Positions 25,803-36,412 are shown, numbered from the stretch's first letter. The stretch: 64,000 nucleotides of DNA from Minisyncoccia bacterium (GCA_044233485.1 JBIIJY010000001.1:80701-144700); one strand, 5' to 3'. Program-made: numbers and translations. The notes: generated from the letters alone by a model not told the origin.

Positions 25803-25898
25803 TTAACACGCTAGAGATCGGACATCAAATCACCTCCTTCTAGATATTTCAACAGTGGATCAGTTGAAACTCTCATAATATCTTACACTTATATATGT

Positions 25899-26741
25899 AT
25901 GGATATCAAGACGCTCGCGCAGAAACAATTCCCCCGGCGACTTCTCGAAATACCTTCTCCACCTTCAAAGCTCTTTATTCGTGGATCGTACCCAGACGAA
26001 TCATACAAATTCCTGGCTGTTGTCGGCGCTCGCAAATACACCCCGTATGGAAAAGACGTTACTGAGAAATTGATTGCTGGACTTACTGGATACCCGATTG
26101 TAATTGTCTCGGGCCTGGCCTTGGGTATCGACTCATTGGCCCATGAGAGCGCTCTTCGCGCGGGACTCACCACGATCGCTCTTCCTGGGTCAGGACTCGA
26201 CCCGAGTGTGATCTATCCGCGGACACATCAGGGACTCTCGAAGCGCATTCTTGAAAGCGGCGGTGCGCTTGTATCCGAATTTTCTCCGAAAGAGCGAGCG
26301 GCGCCATGGATGTTCCCAATGCGAAATAGAATCATGGCTGGAATCGCTGACGCCGTACTCGTCATCGAAGCCGAGGCTAAGAGCGGCACACTCATCACCT
26401 CGAAATACGCCACTGAGTACAATCGCGACGTCTTCGCTGTCCCGGGGAATATTTTCTCCCCAAATTCTGCTGGGCCGCACCTGCTCCTCGACCTTGGCGC
26501 AAAAATCATTCGTGGGCCGGCTGATATTCTGGAAGGGCTTGGACTAGAGCAGACCTCACCCCAAGAGTCTTCGCTATCGGCGCTGGCCAAACAGATCATC
26601 GCAGAACTTTCTACACCCAAGACAGCCGACGAACTCAGTACGAGCACCAAAGAGCCCCTCGACACACTTCTCATGACTCTCACCTCTCTTGAAATCGACG
26701 GAATTATTGTCCGAGCCGAAGGTCTGTATCGTAAAAAATAA
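25899..26741 (+). CDS. dprA: DNA processing protein DprA (Smf)
   Basis: 280 aa; Rossmann-like DprA core with C-terminal winged-helix. Confidence 0.9.
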   Translation: MDIKTLAQKQFPRRLLEIPSPPSKLFIRGSYPDESYKFLAVVGARKYTPYGKDVTEKLIAGLTGYPIVIVSGLALGIDSLAHESALRAGLTTIALPGSGLDPSVIYPRTHQGLSKRILESGGALVSEFSPKERAAPWMFPMRNRIMAGIADAVLVIEAEAKSGTLITSKYATEYNRDVFAVPGNIFSPNSAGPHLLLDLGAKIIRGPADILEGLGLEQTSPQESSLSALAKQIIAELSTPKTADELSTSTKEPLDTLLMTLTSLEIDGIIVRAEGLYRKK

Positions 26742-26830
26742 AGTCGCACCTACCTATCCCCAGTTTGCAAAAATAACAAATCTATCCCATAGTGAAAAAA
26801 TAGAGAACGAATTTCTCTCACGATATTTAT

Positions 26831-29017
26831 ATGAAACTACTCATTGTCGAGTCTCCTTCAAAAGCAAAGACGATTAACAAATACCTCGGTAGTGAATACA
26901 AGGTAGTTGCTTCAGTCGGCCACGTTCGTGATCTTCCCAAGTCAAATAAAAAAGCGATTGATATCCCTGCCGGCTTTGTCCCTCACTACGAAATCTCAAA
27001 AGGGAAAGAGGGTGTTGTCAGTGAGATCCGCGAACTCGCTCACGAAGCAAAGGAGGTTCTTCTCGCCACCGACCCGGACCGTGAAGGTGAAGCTATCTCG
27101 TGGCACCTGGTTGAGGCAGCAAAGCTTGCCAAGGGAAAAACCAAGCGAGTCACCTTTCATGAGATCACCAAAGAAGCAATTCTTGAAGCACTCACTCACC
27201 CACGAGATATAGATCAAAACTTGCGAAAGGCGCAGGAGGCACGGCGAGTGCTAGACCGACTTGTAGGATATGATCTCTCGGGATTGATCTGGAAGAAAGT
27301 CCGCTACGGTTTGTCGGCCGGTCGAGTGCAATCACCCGCTCTACGAATACTCTGCGAACGAGAACGAGAAATTACCGCCTTCATCCCTGAAAATTATTTT
27401 GTTCTCGAGTTTGATGCTCTGACACCACAGAAAACCCCAGTCACATTCACTGCCGCGCAAATACTCAATAGTGCAGAGCAGGCAGACACCATTCTTACCA
27501 AGATTCGCAAAGCGACAATCACTGTCGGATCCGTCACTGAAACACCGACGACTCGAAGTGCCCGAGCACCTTTCACCACCTCGACTCTTCAGCAGACAGC
27601 CAGTACTCGACTTGGTTTTAGTCCGAAACGAACCATGATCGCTGCCCAGAAACTCTATGAGGCAGGTCTCATTACCTATATGCGTACCGATAGTACAACA
27701 CTCTCGGCTCAGGCACTGACAAGTATCAAAGCAGTAGTTACTAAAGAGTACGGCGCAGCTCTTTCTGAATCAAGACAATTTCAAACTAAATCAAAGAATG
27801 CTCAGGAAGCTCATGAAGCAATACGACCAACCGACCCAAAGAAACTTCGAGCTGGGATCACTGACGATCAGAAAGCGGTGTATGAACTTATTTGGCGTCG
27901 AACAATCGCTAGTCAAATGATCGACGCTTCACTCATCCGGACAAAGATCATTCCCGCTTTTAGTGATACAGAGATACCTGAATTTGCGGTCACCGGCTCA
28001 CGTGTGACAAGTCCTGGTTGGCTTTTGGCTGATCCAGAAAGTACCGGCGAGGAGCGAACCATGCCTCAAGTATCAGTCGGTGATACACTCTCGCTTGTTG
28101 AGGCACGACGACTCGACAAACAGACAGAACCACCAGCCCGTTTCACTGAAGCCGGACTCATTAAAGAACTCGAGAAGCGCGGCATCGGACGCCCTTCTAC
28201 CTACGCATCGATTATTTCCACCATCGAAGAGCGAGGATACGTTGAAAAACTTGGACGATCACTCAAGCCGACCGATCTTGGTGATGTAGTCTCAAAGTTT
28301 CTTGAAACAAACTTCACAACTTATATCAGTGATGACTTCACTGCGGAAATGGAAAATAAGCTCGACGAAATTGCCAGTGGCGAGCGTGAATATGAAAAGA
28401 CCCTGAAAGATTTTTATGTTCCTTTTTCTAAAGAAGTAAAAGAGAAGGACAAGAGTACCGACAAACTCACCACCCTTGGTGAAGCGGATGCAAAGTTTAA
28501 ATGTCCAAAATGTGATTCATCAATGGATATTAAATTGTCTCGAACTGGTAAATTCCTCTCTTGTTCGAAATACCCAGACTGCGATGGTGCCCTGACCATG
28601 GAAGGTACTGAGCTCGTACGACAAGAGGATCAGACACCGCTCGGAATTGACCCAGTGACCGGCCTCCCTATCTTAGTACTCGTCGGACGCTTTGGGCCGT
28701 ATGTGCAGCTTGGCCATAAAGAAAAAGGTAAGAAGACTAAACCGCGCATGGCGAGTATTCCAAAAGAAATTGATCCTTCGAAGATTACCCTAGCTGAAGC
28801 TCTCAAACTCCTCTCTCTCCCTCGAGTACTGGGCACTCACCCGACTACAGGAAAAGAGATCTCTACTGCCATTGGTCGATTCGGTCCATTCGTCGTGCAT
28901 GATGGTGATTTCAGAAATCTTAAAGTCGACAGTCCATACACCATCACCCTTGAACGTGCCCTCGAGATTCTCGCTGAAGAAAAGAAACGACGAGGGTTTC
29001 AGAAGAAAAAGAAATAA
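26831..29017 (+). CDS. topA: DNA topoisomerase I
   Basis: 728 aa; Toprim (ESPSKAKT), active-site Tyr region and C-terminal Zn-ribbon Cys motifs. Confidence 0.95.
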   Translation: MKLLIVESPSKAKTINKYLGSEYKVVASVGHVRDLPKSNKKAIDIPAGFVPHYEISKGKEGVVSEIRELAHEAKEVLLATDPDREGEAISWHLVEAAKLAKGKTKRVTFHEITKEAILEALTHPRDIDQNLRKAQEARRVLDRLVGYDLSGLIWKKVRYGLSAGRVQSPALRILCEREREITAFIPENYFVLEFDALTPQKTPVTFTAAQILNSAEQADTILTKIRKATITVGSVTETPTTRSARAPFTTSTLQQTASTRLGFSPKRTMIAAQKLYEAGLITYMRTDSTTLSAQALTSIKAVVTKEYGAALSESRQFQTKSKNAQEAHEAIRPTDPKKLRAGITDDQKAVYELIWRRTIASQMIDASLIRTKIIPAFSDTEIPEFAVTGSRVTSPGWLLADPESTGEERTMPQVSVGDTLSLVEARRLDKQTEPPARFTEAGLIKELEKRGIGRPSTYASIISTIEERGYVEKLGRSLKPTDLGDVVSKFLETNFTTYISDDFTAEMENKLDEIASGEREYEKTLKDFYVPFSKEVKEKDKSTDKLTTLGEADAKFKCPKCDSSMDIKLSRTGKFLSCSKYPDCDGALTMEGTELVRQEDQTPLGIDPVTGLPILVLVGRFGPYVQLGHKEKGKKTKPRMASIPKEIDPSKITLAEALKLLSLPRVLGTHPTTGKEISTAIGRFGPFVVHDGDFRNLKVDSPYTITLERALEILAEEKKRRGFQKKKK

Positions 29018-29042
29018 AAAAAACCCGCACTCACCGTGCGGA
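29016..29042. terminator. Hairpin terminator (ccgcac tcacc gtgcgg) shared by topA and the convergent small gene
   Basis: A-run, stem, and on the minus strand a T-run. Confidence 0.6.
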
Positions 29043-29213
29043 TTCCGTGACACCAGCTGGTGTCCTACTGCTCATCGAGCGAAGGTCTACTTCTTGCTCG
29101 CCAGCCATACCAAGGATCATCACAAAGAGGACGAGACACAAGGCGGCCGTAAGGACACAAATTACTCGCTCAAACGGAGTATAGTGCCCGCTCATTTCAT
29201 TTTTAATTTCCAT
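29031..29213 (-). CDS. Small membrane protein (60 aa, 1 TM)
   Basis: Strong RBS (aatGGAGGccctATG) before MEIKNEMSGHY; TM segment VICVLTAALCLVLFVMILGMA. The C-terminus overlaps the terminator hairpin. Confidence 0.5.
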   Translation of the reverse strand: MEIKNEMSGHYTPFERVICVLTAALCLVLFVMILGMAGEQEVDLRSMSSRTPAGVTESAR

Positions 29214-29268
29214 AGGGCCTCCATTGACAGAGTAGCATATTATAGATATATTCACAATATCGATTTAT

Positions 29269-29841
29269 ATGAAGACCTCGATCATACAAGAACCACATCC
29301 GACCCTCCGCGCCAAAGCCAAGGCGGTTCCTCACGGCTCTCTGACTTCACCAGAAGTGAAGTCGATAATCGAGCGAATGAAGAAAATCCTTTCCACTCAA
29401 GAGGACGGTGTTGCTATTGCCGCACCGCAAATCAACGAGCCATGGCGAATTTTTGTCGTCTCCGGCAAAGTACGAGAACTGATTCGTGCAAAGAAAGGCG
29501 CTGAGGCTGAGCCTACACAGTCAACACATGATCTGGTGTTTATAAATCCAAAGATTATTAAACGCTCACGTGAGAAGGAAGAAATGGAAGAGGGATGCCT
29601 TTCGGTACGCTGGCAGTACGGAGTCGTAAAGCGAAGCAAGCGAGCAACTGTGGAAGCTTACGACGAACACGGAACAAAATTCACCCTTGGGGGCGCAGGA
29701 TTACTCGCCCAGATCTTCCAGCACGAGACCGACCATCTCGACGGAGTGCTCTTTATCGACCATGCTACTGATCTTCAAGACCTCCCTCCAGAAAAGATTG
29801 AAGAACTCGAAAAGCGTAACGCTTCGCACTCTCACGCATAA
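29269..29841 (+). CDS. def: Peptide deformylase
   Basis: 190 aa; motifs GVAIAAPQI, EGCLS and HETDHLDG. Confidence 0.95.
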   Translation: MKTSIIQEPHPTLRAKAKAVPHGSLTSPEVKSIIERMKKILSTQEDGVAIAAPQINEPWRIFVVSGKVRELIRAKKGAEAEPTQSTHDLVFINPKIIKRSREKEEMEEGCLSVRWQYGVVKRSKRATVEAYDEHGTKFTLGGAGLLAQIFQHETDHLDGVLFIDHATDLQDLPPEKIEELEKRNASHSHA

Positions 29842-29886
29842 CACTGCTCGCCGACACTCGTACACTCGGCTATACTTTCACTATCT

Positions 29887-30756
29887 ATGCATCGCATTAT
29901 ATTTTTTGGCACAGGCCCTGTCGCCGAGCATGCCTTCAACACTCTCTGTGAGGCTGGCTTCACCCCTACTTGTCTTGTAACGAAGCCTGATGCACTCGTC
30001 GGTCGTAAGCAACTACTCACCCCACCTCATATTAAATCTCTCGCGATTGCTCGTAGTGTCAAAGTTCTCCAACCAGTAAAACTGGTAGATATTCGTGAGC
30101 AACTCGAAGAGTACAAAGACAGCATTTTCGTTGTTGTCTCATACGGAAAAATACTTCCCGACTGGCTCCTCGCTATCCCACAGCACAAGACAATTAACCT
30201 ACACCCTTCACTTCTTCCACGATTCCGAGGACCGTCACCACTCGAATCTCAGATCCGCGCGGATGAATCACGTATGGGAGTTAGTGTGATGGAACTTGAT
30301 GCTCAAATGGACCACGGGCCGATCATCGCAATGCGAGAGATCACTCTGCCACCCATTGAACGCTATGCAGAAATTTTTGAGACACTCATCAAGACAGGGG
30401 CAGAGTTACTTATCGAAGTGCTCCGACAGATTGGCCGAGGCGAGTACCACACCACCCTCCAAGATCACGGGAAAGCAACATTTTGCACTAAGCTTGATAA
30501 AAGCCAAGGTGAAATCAACCTGGAAGGAGACCATCGGACAAACTGGCTCACCTATGTCGCCTTCTCGCGTTCAATCCGTACTTTTTTCTATGACCAGTGG
30601 CATGACTCTCGCATACGAGTAATTATTAGCAAAGCTCACTTTGTCGACGGAGTTTTTACTCCACTCACCGTCATTCCAGAAGGTAAAAAAGAAGTTTCCT
30701 ACGGGGACTATCAGAATGCTAAACGGTCGCAGGTCAATCGCGGACACATGCTATAA
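29887..30756 (+). CDS. fmt: Methionyl-tRNA formyltransferase
   Basis: 289 aa; formyltransferase N-domain (FFGT..., SLLP) immediately after def (def-fmt operon). Confidence 0.9.
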   Translation: MHRIIFFGTGPVAEHAFNTLCEAGFTPTCLVTKPDALVGRKQLLTPPHIKSLAIARSVKVLQPVKLVDIREQLEEYKDSIFVVVSYGKILPDWLLAIPQHKTINLHPSLLPRFRGPSPLESQIRADESRMGVSVMELDAQMDHGPIIAMREITLPPIERYAEIFETLIKTGAELLIEVLRQIGRGEYHTTLQDHGKATFCTKLDKSQGEINLEGDHRTNWLTYVAFSRSIRTFFYDQWHDSRIRVIISKAHFVDGVFTPLTVIPEGKKEVSYGDYQNAKRSQVNRGHML

Positions 30757-30764
30757 TTCTCTAC

Positions 30765-32021
30765 GTGAATTCATTTCTCACGAAACTTAGAGTGAGCTGG
30801 TTTATTGCCTGGCGTCAGCTCAAACGAGGAAGTATGTGGACAAACGTACTCATCGTTTTCATCATGACTCTAACATTTCTGAACCTGATCGCTGTCGGCG
30901 GTATTTTGGTCGGGCTCATTGAAGGCTCGAGCCGTGCGTATCGTGCGCAATATTCTGGAGATGTTTTGATTCGTAATGTTTCGGGTAAAGACAGTATTTC
31001 TCAAAGCCCCCACGTAGAGTCGCTCGTCCGAAACACTCCAGGTGTCGATGTCTTTTCTGTACGTGAACTTCGCGGAGTGAAAGTCGAATCAGATTATCAA
31101 CGTAAAGGAATTACCGACAAAGGCGACTTCGTGAACACCGTCCTAGCCGGCATCGATCCAGAAACCGAAAACTCTCTCACCACGATTCGTGATTTCGTTA
31201 TCGACGGAAGTTTTCTTGAAGCCGGACAAGAAGGATTTGTCGTTATTGGATCCGACATTGTCAAAGGATACGCGCGAGGGATTCCCCGAGAAGACGAGGT
31301 GATCGGCAATGTCTATCCTGGTTCAAAAGTGCGCATAGAATACAAAGGAAAGTTTTATGAAAAGACAGTCAAAGGAATCATTCGTAGTAAAAATGAAGGT
31401 ATGGGACGGCGTATGTACATGAATGCTTCAGAGTTACGAAAGATTACCGACAACAGTGCTCGAGATAGCAATGAAATTGCGATTCGCCTCCTCCCTGGAT
31501 ACACCCCGGAGCAAGTTCGAGACTATCTCGTCGGAGTGATTCCTCCGACCGCTAACGCTCAAGTGGAGACCTGGGAAGAATCTCAAGGTTCATTTTTTCG
31601 TGATATCAATATGACCTTTGCTCTTTTGGGAAACTTTATCGGCGCCATCGGCCTCTTCATTGCCTCGATCACAATTTTCATTGTTATCTTCATCAACGCG
31701 GTGAATCGTCGTCGCTATATCGGAATCCTCAAAGGTATCGGAATCCCCGCGGATGTGATTGAAATCGCCTATGTAATTCAGGCCTGCATTTATGCCCTCA
31801 TCGGTACGGCCTGTGGTATGGCGATTGTCTTCTTTGTGCTCATTCCCTATTTCGATGCAAACCCGATCAATTTCCCCTTTAGTGACGGCATTCTCTACGC
31901 CACATTAAGCGGAGCACTTATCCGTGCTGGTGCTTTGATGATCGTCACCCTGCTTGCAGGCTATATCCCGGCGAAAATAGTGACCAGTAAAAAGACCCTT
32001 GATGCAATACTTGGCCGATAA
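30765..32021 (+). CDS. ABC transporter permease (FtsX/MacB/LolE-like)
   Basis: 418 aa; N-terminal TM, large extracytoplasmic domain, C-terminal FtsX-like 3-TM bundle. Confidence 0.8.
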   Translation: MNSFLTKLRVSWFIAWRQLKRGSMWTNVLIVFIMTLTFLNLIAVGGILVGLIEGSSRAYRAQYSGDVLIRNVSGKDSISQSPHVESLVRNTPGVDVFSVRELRGVKVESDYQRKGITDKGDFVNTVLAGIDPETENSLTTIRDFVIDGSFLEAGQEGFVVIGSDIVKGYARGIPREDEVIGNVYPGSKVRIEYKGKFYEKTVKGIIRSKNEGMGRRMYMNASELRKITDNSARDSNEIAIRLLPGYTPEQVRDYLVGVIPPTANAQVETWEESQGSFFRDINMTFALLGNFIGAIGLFIASITIFIVIFINAVNRRRYIGILKGIGIPADVIEIAYVIQACIYALIGTACGMAIVFFVLIPYFDANPINFPFSDGILYATLSGALIRAGALMIVTLLAGYIPAKIVTSKKTLDAILGR

Positions 32022-32030
32022 TTTACATCC

Positions 32031-32711
32031 ATGATAAAAATCGAGAAACTTATAAAATCATACTTCACGAGCGGCGTTGAAACACAGGTGCTCAAAGGCG
32101 TAAACGTCTACATCCCTACCGGACAATTTGTGGCGATCATTGGCCCGTCGGGAGCTGGTAAATCTACTCTTTTGTATCAAATGAGTCTGCTTGATAAACC
32201 GACTTCAGGCACCGTGACCGTCGACGACACGCTCGTTTCAAACTTCAATGAAGCCGAGGCTACTGCCTTTCGCCTACGGAATTTCGGTTTCGTCTTTCAA
32301 GACTACTCCCTCGTACCGGAGCTCACCGCCCTCGAGAACATCATCACTCCGATTCTCATGAAAGGTGTTCCCGAAAAAGAAGCCGTGCGACGAGCGCGAG
32401 AGATCATGGCCACCCTTGAAGTAGAGCGTCTCGCTCACAAAATACCGAGCCAAATGTCTGGCGGTGAACAGCAACGAGTCTCGATTGGTCGAGCGATCGC
32501 TGACAAGCCGAAGATTCTTTTTGCTGACGAGCCCACAGCAAGTCTTGATACTGTCCGCAGTGAAGAAGTGATTGAAGCTTTGCTCAAGCTCAATCGCGAG
32601 CAAGCACAGACAATCGTCATGGTGACTCATGAACTCGAGTATGCACAGCGAGCGGATCGCATCATCGAGCTCAAGGACGGGATCGTCGTTGGTGATCGTA
32701 TGCGGAAATAA
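32031..32711 (+). CDS. ABC transporter ATP-binding protein (MacB/LolD-like)
   Basis: 226 aa; Walker A GPSGAGKST, signature MSGGEQQR, Walker B ILFADEPT. Confidence 0.9.
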   Translation: MIKIEKLIKSYFTSGVETQVLKGVNVYIPTGQFVAIIGPSGAGKSTLLYQMSLLDKPTSGTVTVDDTLVSNFNEAEATAFRLRNFGFVFQDYSLVPELTALENIITPILMKGVPEKEAVRRAREIMATLEVERLAHKIPSQMSGGEQQRVSIGRAIADKPKILFADEPTASLDTVRSEEVIEALLKLNREQAQTIVMVTHELEYAQRADRIIELKDGIVVGDRMRK

Positions 32712-32722
32712 AAGCATAGAAA

Positions 32723-32745
32723 AAGCCCGGACAACGTCCGGGCTT
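32723..32745. terminator. Bidirectional terminator (aagcccggac aac gtccgggctt)
   Basis: Perfect stem between convergent genes. Confidence 0.65.
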
Positions 32746-32761
32746 CGAAGTGATGACAAGA

Positions 32762-33463
32762 TTATGCGTCATCAGCTGAATCCAACCTCCTCTGAGCCTC
32801 CGCAAAGACATCGTCAACCCGAGGTGCTCGATAACCATAGTCGCTGGCAATCGAATTAATCAGCATTAGTAGACTCTTCCACTCCTGTGACCTTCCTTTT
32901 TCGTGTTCATCTGGGAAAAACCTACTTAACATCTCTCCCACGAGAACCCTAAGCGCGATCTGAATCAAGACCTCCTCGACTTCATCGCCATTCAGAGGGG
33001 GTATACTCTTACGATCCACACACTCAGTGAGGGAGGTGTGTAAGTGTGACACGAACTCGTCTGGAGTCCACATTTTGTTCTGGAGAGCATCAGGTCCGAA
33101 TGCACTCACGGCAACCAAAAACAAACTCTCGCCGAAGTATTCTTCGATTTGCTCGCGACGAGCGGAGTCTGGCCTGGACTTCAGCATTTTGGAAACATGC
33201 ATCAAAGGAATTCTTCCTATCAATATGGACGCCAAAGCAAACATCGCTCCAACTTGTGCACTAAACACTGCAGTAATCAAAGTGGCAGATACGAGAATAA
33301 GTAGCACCACAGCAGATTTTTTGACAGCACGTCGTGCATAGACATACGCCGCGATATCCTCTTTTGCACGGATTATTTCTGCTGGTCTAGCTGGAAGTAG
33401 TGCTGGATCCGCATCAAATACTTTCGTCCAAAGGCTTGCAAAGGGCTTGAGTTTTTTTCTCAT
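32762..33463 (-). CDS. Hypothetical membrane protein (233 aa)
   Basis: 2-3 TM segments in the middle. No family recognised. Confidence 0.5.
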   Translation of the reverse strand: MRKKLKPFASLWTKVFDADPALLPARPAEIIRAKEDIAAYVYARRAVKKSAVVLLILVSATLITAVFSAQVGAMFALASILIGRIPLMHVSKMLKSRPDSARREQIEEYFGESLFLVAVSAFGPDALQNKMWTPDEFVSHLHTSLTECVDRKSIPPLNGDEVEEVLIQIALRVLVGEMLSRFFPDEHEKGRSQEWKSLLMLINSIASDYGYRAPRVDDVFAEAQRRLDSADDA

Positions 33464-33668
33464 AACAATGATCTTTCCGACATGCCAATTTTTGAGCTAT
33501 GGGAGTTCTAGTTCCATTCGATACCAAGTTCTAGTTCGGCACCAAATACTTCATATACTCAAGAAAAGCTGGCAACTTTTCTACTATATATTATATCATA
33601 TATAGCTATAATGTCAATTATAGGTACTTCTGCTCTCCAGTACTTGTTTTTGCCATTTATATGGGAGC

Positions 33669-34451
33669 GTGATAGGATTTTTTCAGAAAAACAGAAGGTA
33701 CAAACTCGAGTTGGGTTTGCTTTTTGTTTCAATGCAGGAACATTGTTACCCCATGCTTCCATTGTTAGTTCACACTCTTGCAGGAGAGACTTTTTCATTT
33801 CCTGAACTGAGACACACCGACATCCTTCTCGCCCTAGGCCCACCCGGCGGAGGGAAAGGCACGGATTTCAAGCACTGTGTCGGTGCCTTACTTGAAAGGA
33901 AGTCTGCCTGTGTTATCACGCAGAGCGCTATCCTTACTTCCGCACAGCTCGACTCGGCGTTCAGTAACACTCATCGAAGAATCATCACCCACTCCTTGGC
34001 CAACGACATCCTTACACCGGATCATATTGCCATGAATGTTCTCGGGCGCGAATTAGCATTGCGTCTGGACAGTGGTGTGAAATACGACTTCGTCGCCATC
34101 GATGGAGGAGGACGGTCGCTTGGCCAGGCACTTGGCCTCGCAAACTCTGGAGCAAAGATCTACGTGATCAATCTGGAATACAGTGACACGGACGAAGAAC
34201 TTCTTCTTGCTCGGATGCAGTCGCGTGCTCGTAACCCACGTGAACTCGACTCACACTATAACCTTCAACGCTTACGGCAGTTTGAAGAGGTGACAGTCCC
34301 TGGAATCACAAAGCTTCGGACACTTGTATCCTCCATGCAGTGGCTCGACGTCCCTTGTTCCCTTGAAAAAGAGGAGCGACACCGCCTAGAGATGCAGTTT
34401 CTGAATCGAGCCTTTGGGCTCGTGGAGACCGTAGAGGCAGTAGCTGCCTAA
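33669..34451 (+). CDS. Adenylate-kinase-family P-loop protein (divergent NMP kinase-like)
   Basis: GPPGGGKGT P-loop, DGGGRS (cf. DGFPRT) and a LID-like region. Start may be the internal MLPLLVH (about 33753). Confidence 0.55.
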   Translation: MIGFFQKNRRYKLELGLLFVSMQEHCYPMLPLLVHTLAGETFSFPELRHTDILLALGPPGGGKGTDFKHCVGALLERKSACVITQSAILTSAQLDSAFSNTHRRIITHSLANDILTPDHIAMNVLGRELALRLDSGVKYDFVAIDGGGRSLGQALGLANSGAKIYVINLEYSDTDEELLLARMQSRARNPRELDSHYNLQRLRQFEEVTVPGITKLRTLVSSMQWLDVPCSLEKEERHRLEMQFLNRAFGLVETVEAVAA

Positions 34452-34600
34452 ACGGTCAAAGACATGCCCGGCGGACAAACGTTCGCCGGGCTCTTTTTTA
34501 TTTACGACCAACTAGACCAGTATAAAAAATTGTGTTATTCTAACCTCACCAAGCCTTTCTCAGGCTTATTTATTTACTTCGCTCGTAATTCGTTATCATC

Positions 34601-36379
34601 ATGGAAATTAGAAATATTGCTATCATTGCTCACGTGGACCACGGTAAGACTACCCTTACCGATGCGATACTGCGACAATGCGGCGCAGCTACTGAAGGTG
34701 TCTCAATGGACTCAAACGCCCTTGAACAAGAGCGAGGTATTACTATCTATGCCAAGAACACTTCTATTTTTTATAAAGGCACAAAAATCAACATCGTTGA
34801 CACTCCTGGACACGCGGACTTCGGTTCTGAAGTAGAGCGTGTACTTCGAGCTATCGACACCGTGCTTCTCATCGTCGACGCACAGGAAGGCCCGATGCCA
34901 CAGACTCGTTTCGTCTTGAAAAAGTCTCTCGAGCTTGGGCACAAACCAATCGTCGTTATCAACAAAATCGATAAGCCAGCTGCACGAATCAAGGAAGTCA
35001 TGGATGAAATCCTCGAACTCTTCTTTGAGCTTGGTGCCAATGATGAACAGCTCGGCTTTACTACTATCTACGCTGTCGGACGTGATGGTGTAGCGATGAT
35101 CAACGCTGAAGACGAACGAAAAGACCTCTCTCCTCTTCTTGATACGGTATTGAAGCTTGTCCCTCCAGCTAAACAAGAGCTTGAAAAGCCGTTCCGAATG
35201 CAGCCGTTCAACCTCGCCTACGACAACTTCGTCGGCCGTCTTGCGGTCGGTCGTGTGTTTGAAGGAGTGATCAAAGTGGGATCAACAGTGACAGTCAAGA
35301 AAGCGACCGGTGAAGCGCGTACAGGAAAAATCACCAAACTTTCAACCTTTGAAGGTGTTGCAAAGAAAGAAGTGGCTGAAGCTGTCGCTGGAGACATTGT
35401 CATGATTGCCGGACTTCCAGATATTTATATCGGCGAGACGATCTGCCAGACTCCAGACCAGGATCCCCTTCCCGCAATCGCTATCGACGAGCCAACCATC
35501 TCGCTTAATTTCCTTGTTAACAATTCCCCATTTGCTGGTCGTGAAGGTAAATACGTTACCACTCGACAGATCCGTGACCGACTCGAGCGCGAGCTTGAAG
35601 TCAACGTCGGTTTGAAAGTCGACTTTTCAGAAAACGATACCTTCAAAGTCTATGGTCGTGGTGAGCTTCATATCTCAGTCCTCCTTGAAAACATGCGCCG
35701 TGAAGGATACGAAGTGCAAGTCTCACAACCACAAGTAATCACCAAAGAAATTGATGGTGTTTTGCACGAACCATTTGAGGAACTCATCGCTGATGTTCGC
35801 TCAGAATGTTCTGGTGAAGTGATCCGAAAACTTGGTATGCGAAAAGGTATTATGACCAACATGAAAGAGGAAAATGGACTTGTCCGCCTCACCTTTGAAA
35901 TCCCGACTCGTGGACTTTTGGGATATCGTGGAGAGTTTGTCATCGACACAAAGGGTGAAGGTATCATGTCATCTCGCTTTATCGAATTCCGCCCATCAGT
36001 TGGTGAAATCGAACGTCACGAAGTCGGTTCAATGGTTTCAATGGAGACCTGTAAGTCGATTGCGTTTGCCCTCGATAACCTCCAGACTCGAGGAACACTC
36101 TATATCGGCGCTGGTGTTGATGTATACGAAGGTATGGTGGTCGGTAACACCTCAAAGGGTGAAGATATGGAAGTAAATCCAGGAAAGGCTAAGCAGCTTT
36201 CAAACTACCGTTCAGCCGGAAAGGATGATGCAACTGTGCTTACTCCTCCATGGGAGATCACCATCGAGCGAGGACTTGAAGTGATGCGAGAGGATGACTA
36301 TCTCGAGATCACTCCTGAGTCAGTCCGCCTCCGAAAGAAACTTCTCACGACATCAGAACGAGCAAAGAAAAAGAAATGA
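34601..36379 (+). CDS. typA: Translational GTPase TypA/BipA
   Basis: 592 aa; AHVDHGKTT, DTPGH, NKID; EF-G-like domains. Confidence 0.95.
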   Translation: MEIRNIAIIAHVDHGKTTLTDAILRQCGAATEGVSMDSNALEQERGITIYAKNTSIFYKGTKINIVDTPGHADFGSEVERVLRAIDTVLLIVDAQEGPMPQTRFVLKKSLELGHKPIVVINKIDKPAARIKEVMDEILELFFELGANDEQLGFTTIYAVGRDGVAMINAEDERKDLSPLLDTVLKLVPPAKQELEKPFRMQPFNLAYDNFVGRLAVGRVFEGVIKVGSTVTVKKATGEARTGKITKLSTFEGVAKKEVAEAVAGDIVMIAGLPDIYIGETICQTPDQDPLPAIAIDEPTISLNFLVNNSPFAGREGKYVTTRQIRDRLERELEVNVGLKVDFSENDTFKVYGRGELHISVLLENMRREGYEVQVSQPQVITKEIDGVLHEPFEELIADVRSECSGEVIRKLGMRKGIMTNMKEENGLVRLTFEIPTRGLLGYRGEFVIDTKGEGIMSSRFIEFRPSVGEIERHEVGSMVSMETCKSIAFALDNLQTRGTLYIGAGVDVYEGMVVGNTSKGEDMEVNPGKAKQLSNYRSAGKDDATVLTPPWEITIERGLEVMREDDYLEITPESVRLRKKLLTTSERAKKKK

Positions 36380-36380
36380 T

Positions 36381-36412
36381 CAAAATAACCACCCTCACGG
36401 GTGGTTATTTTG
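36381..36412. repeat. Copy 1 of a perfect 32 bp direct repeat hairpin (caaaataaccaccctcacgggtggttattttg)
   Basis: Identical to 37452-37483. Terminator-like stem aaccaccc/gggtggtt. Confidence 0.85.
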
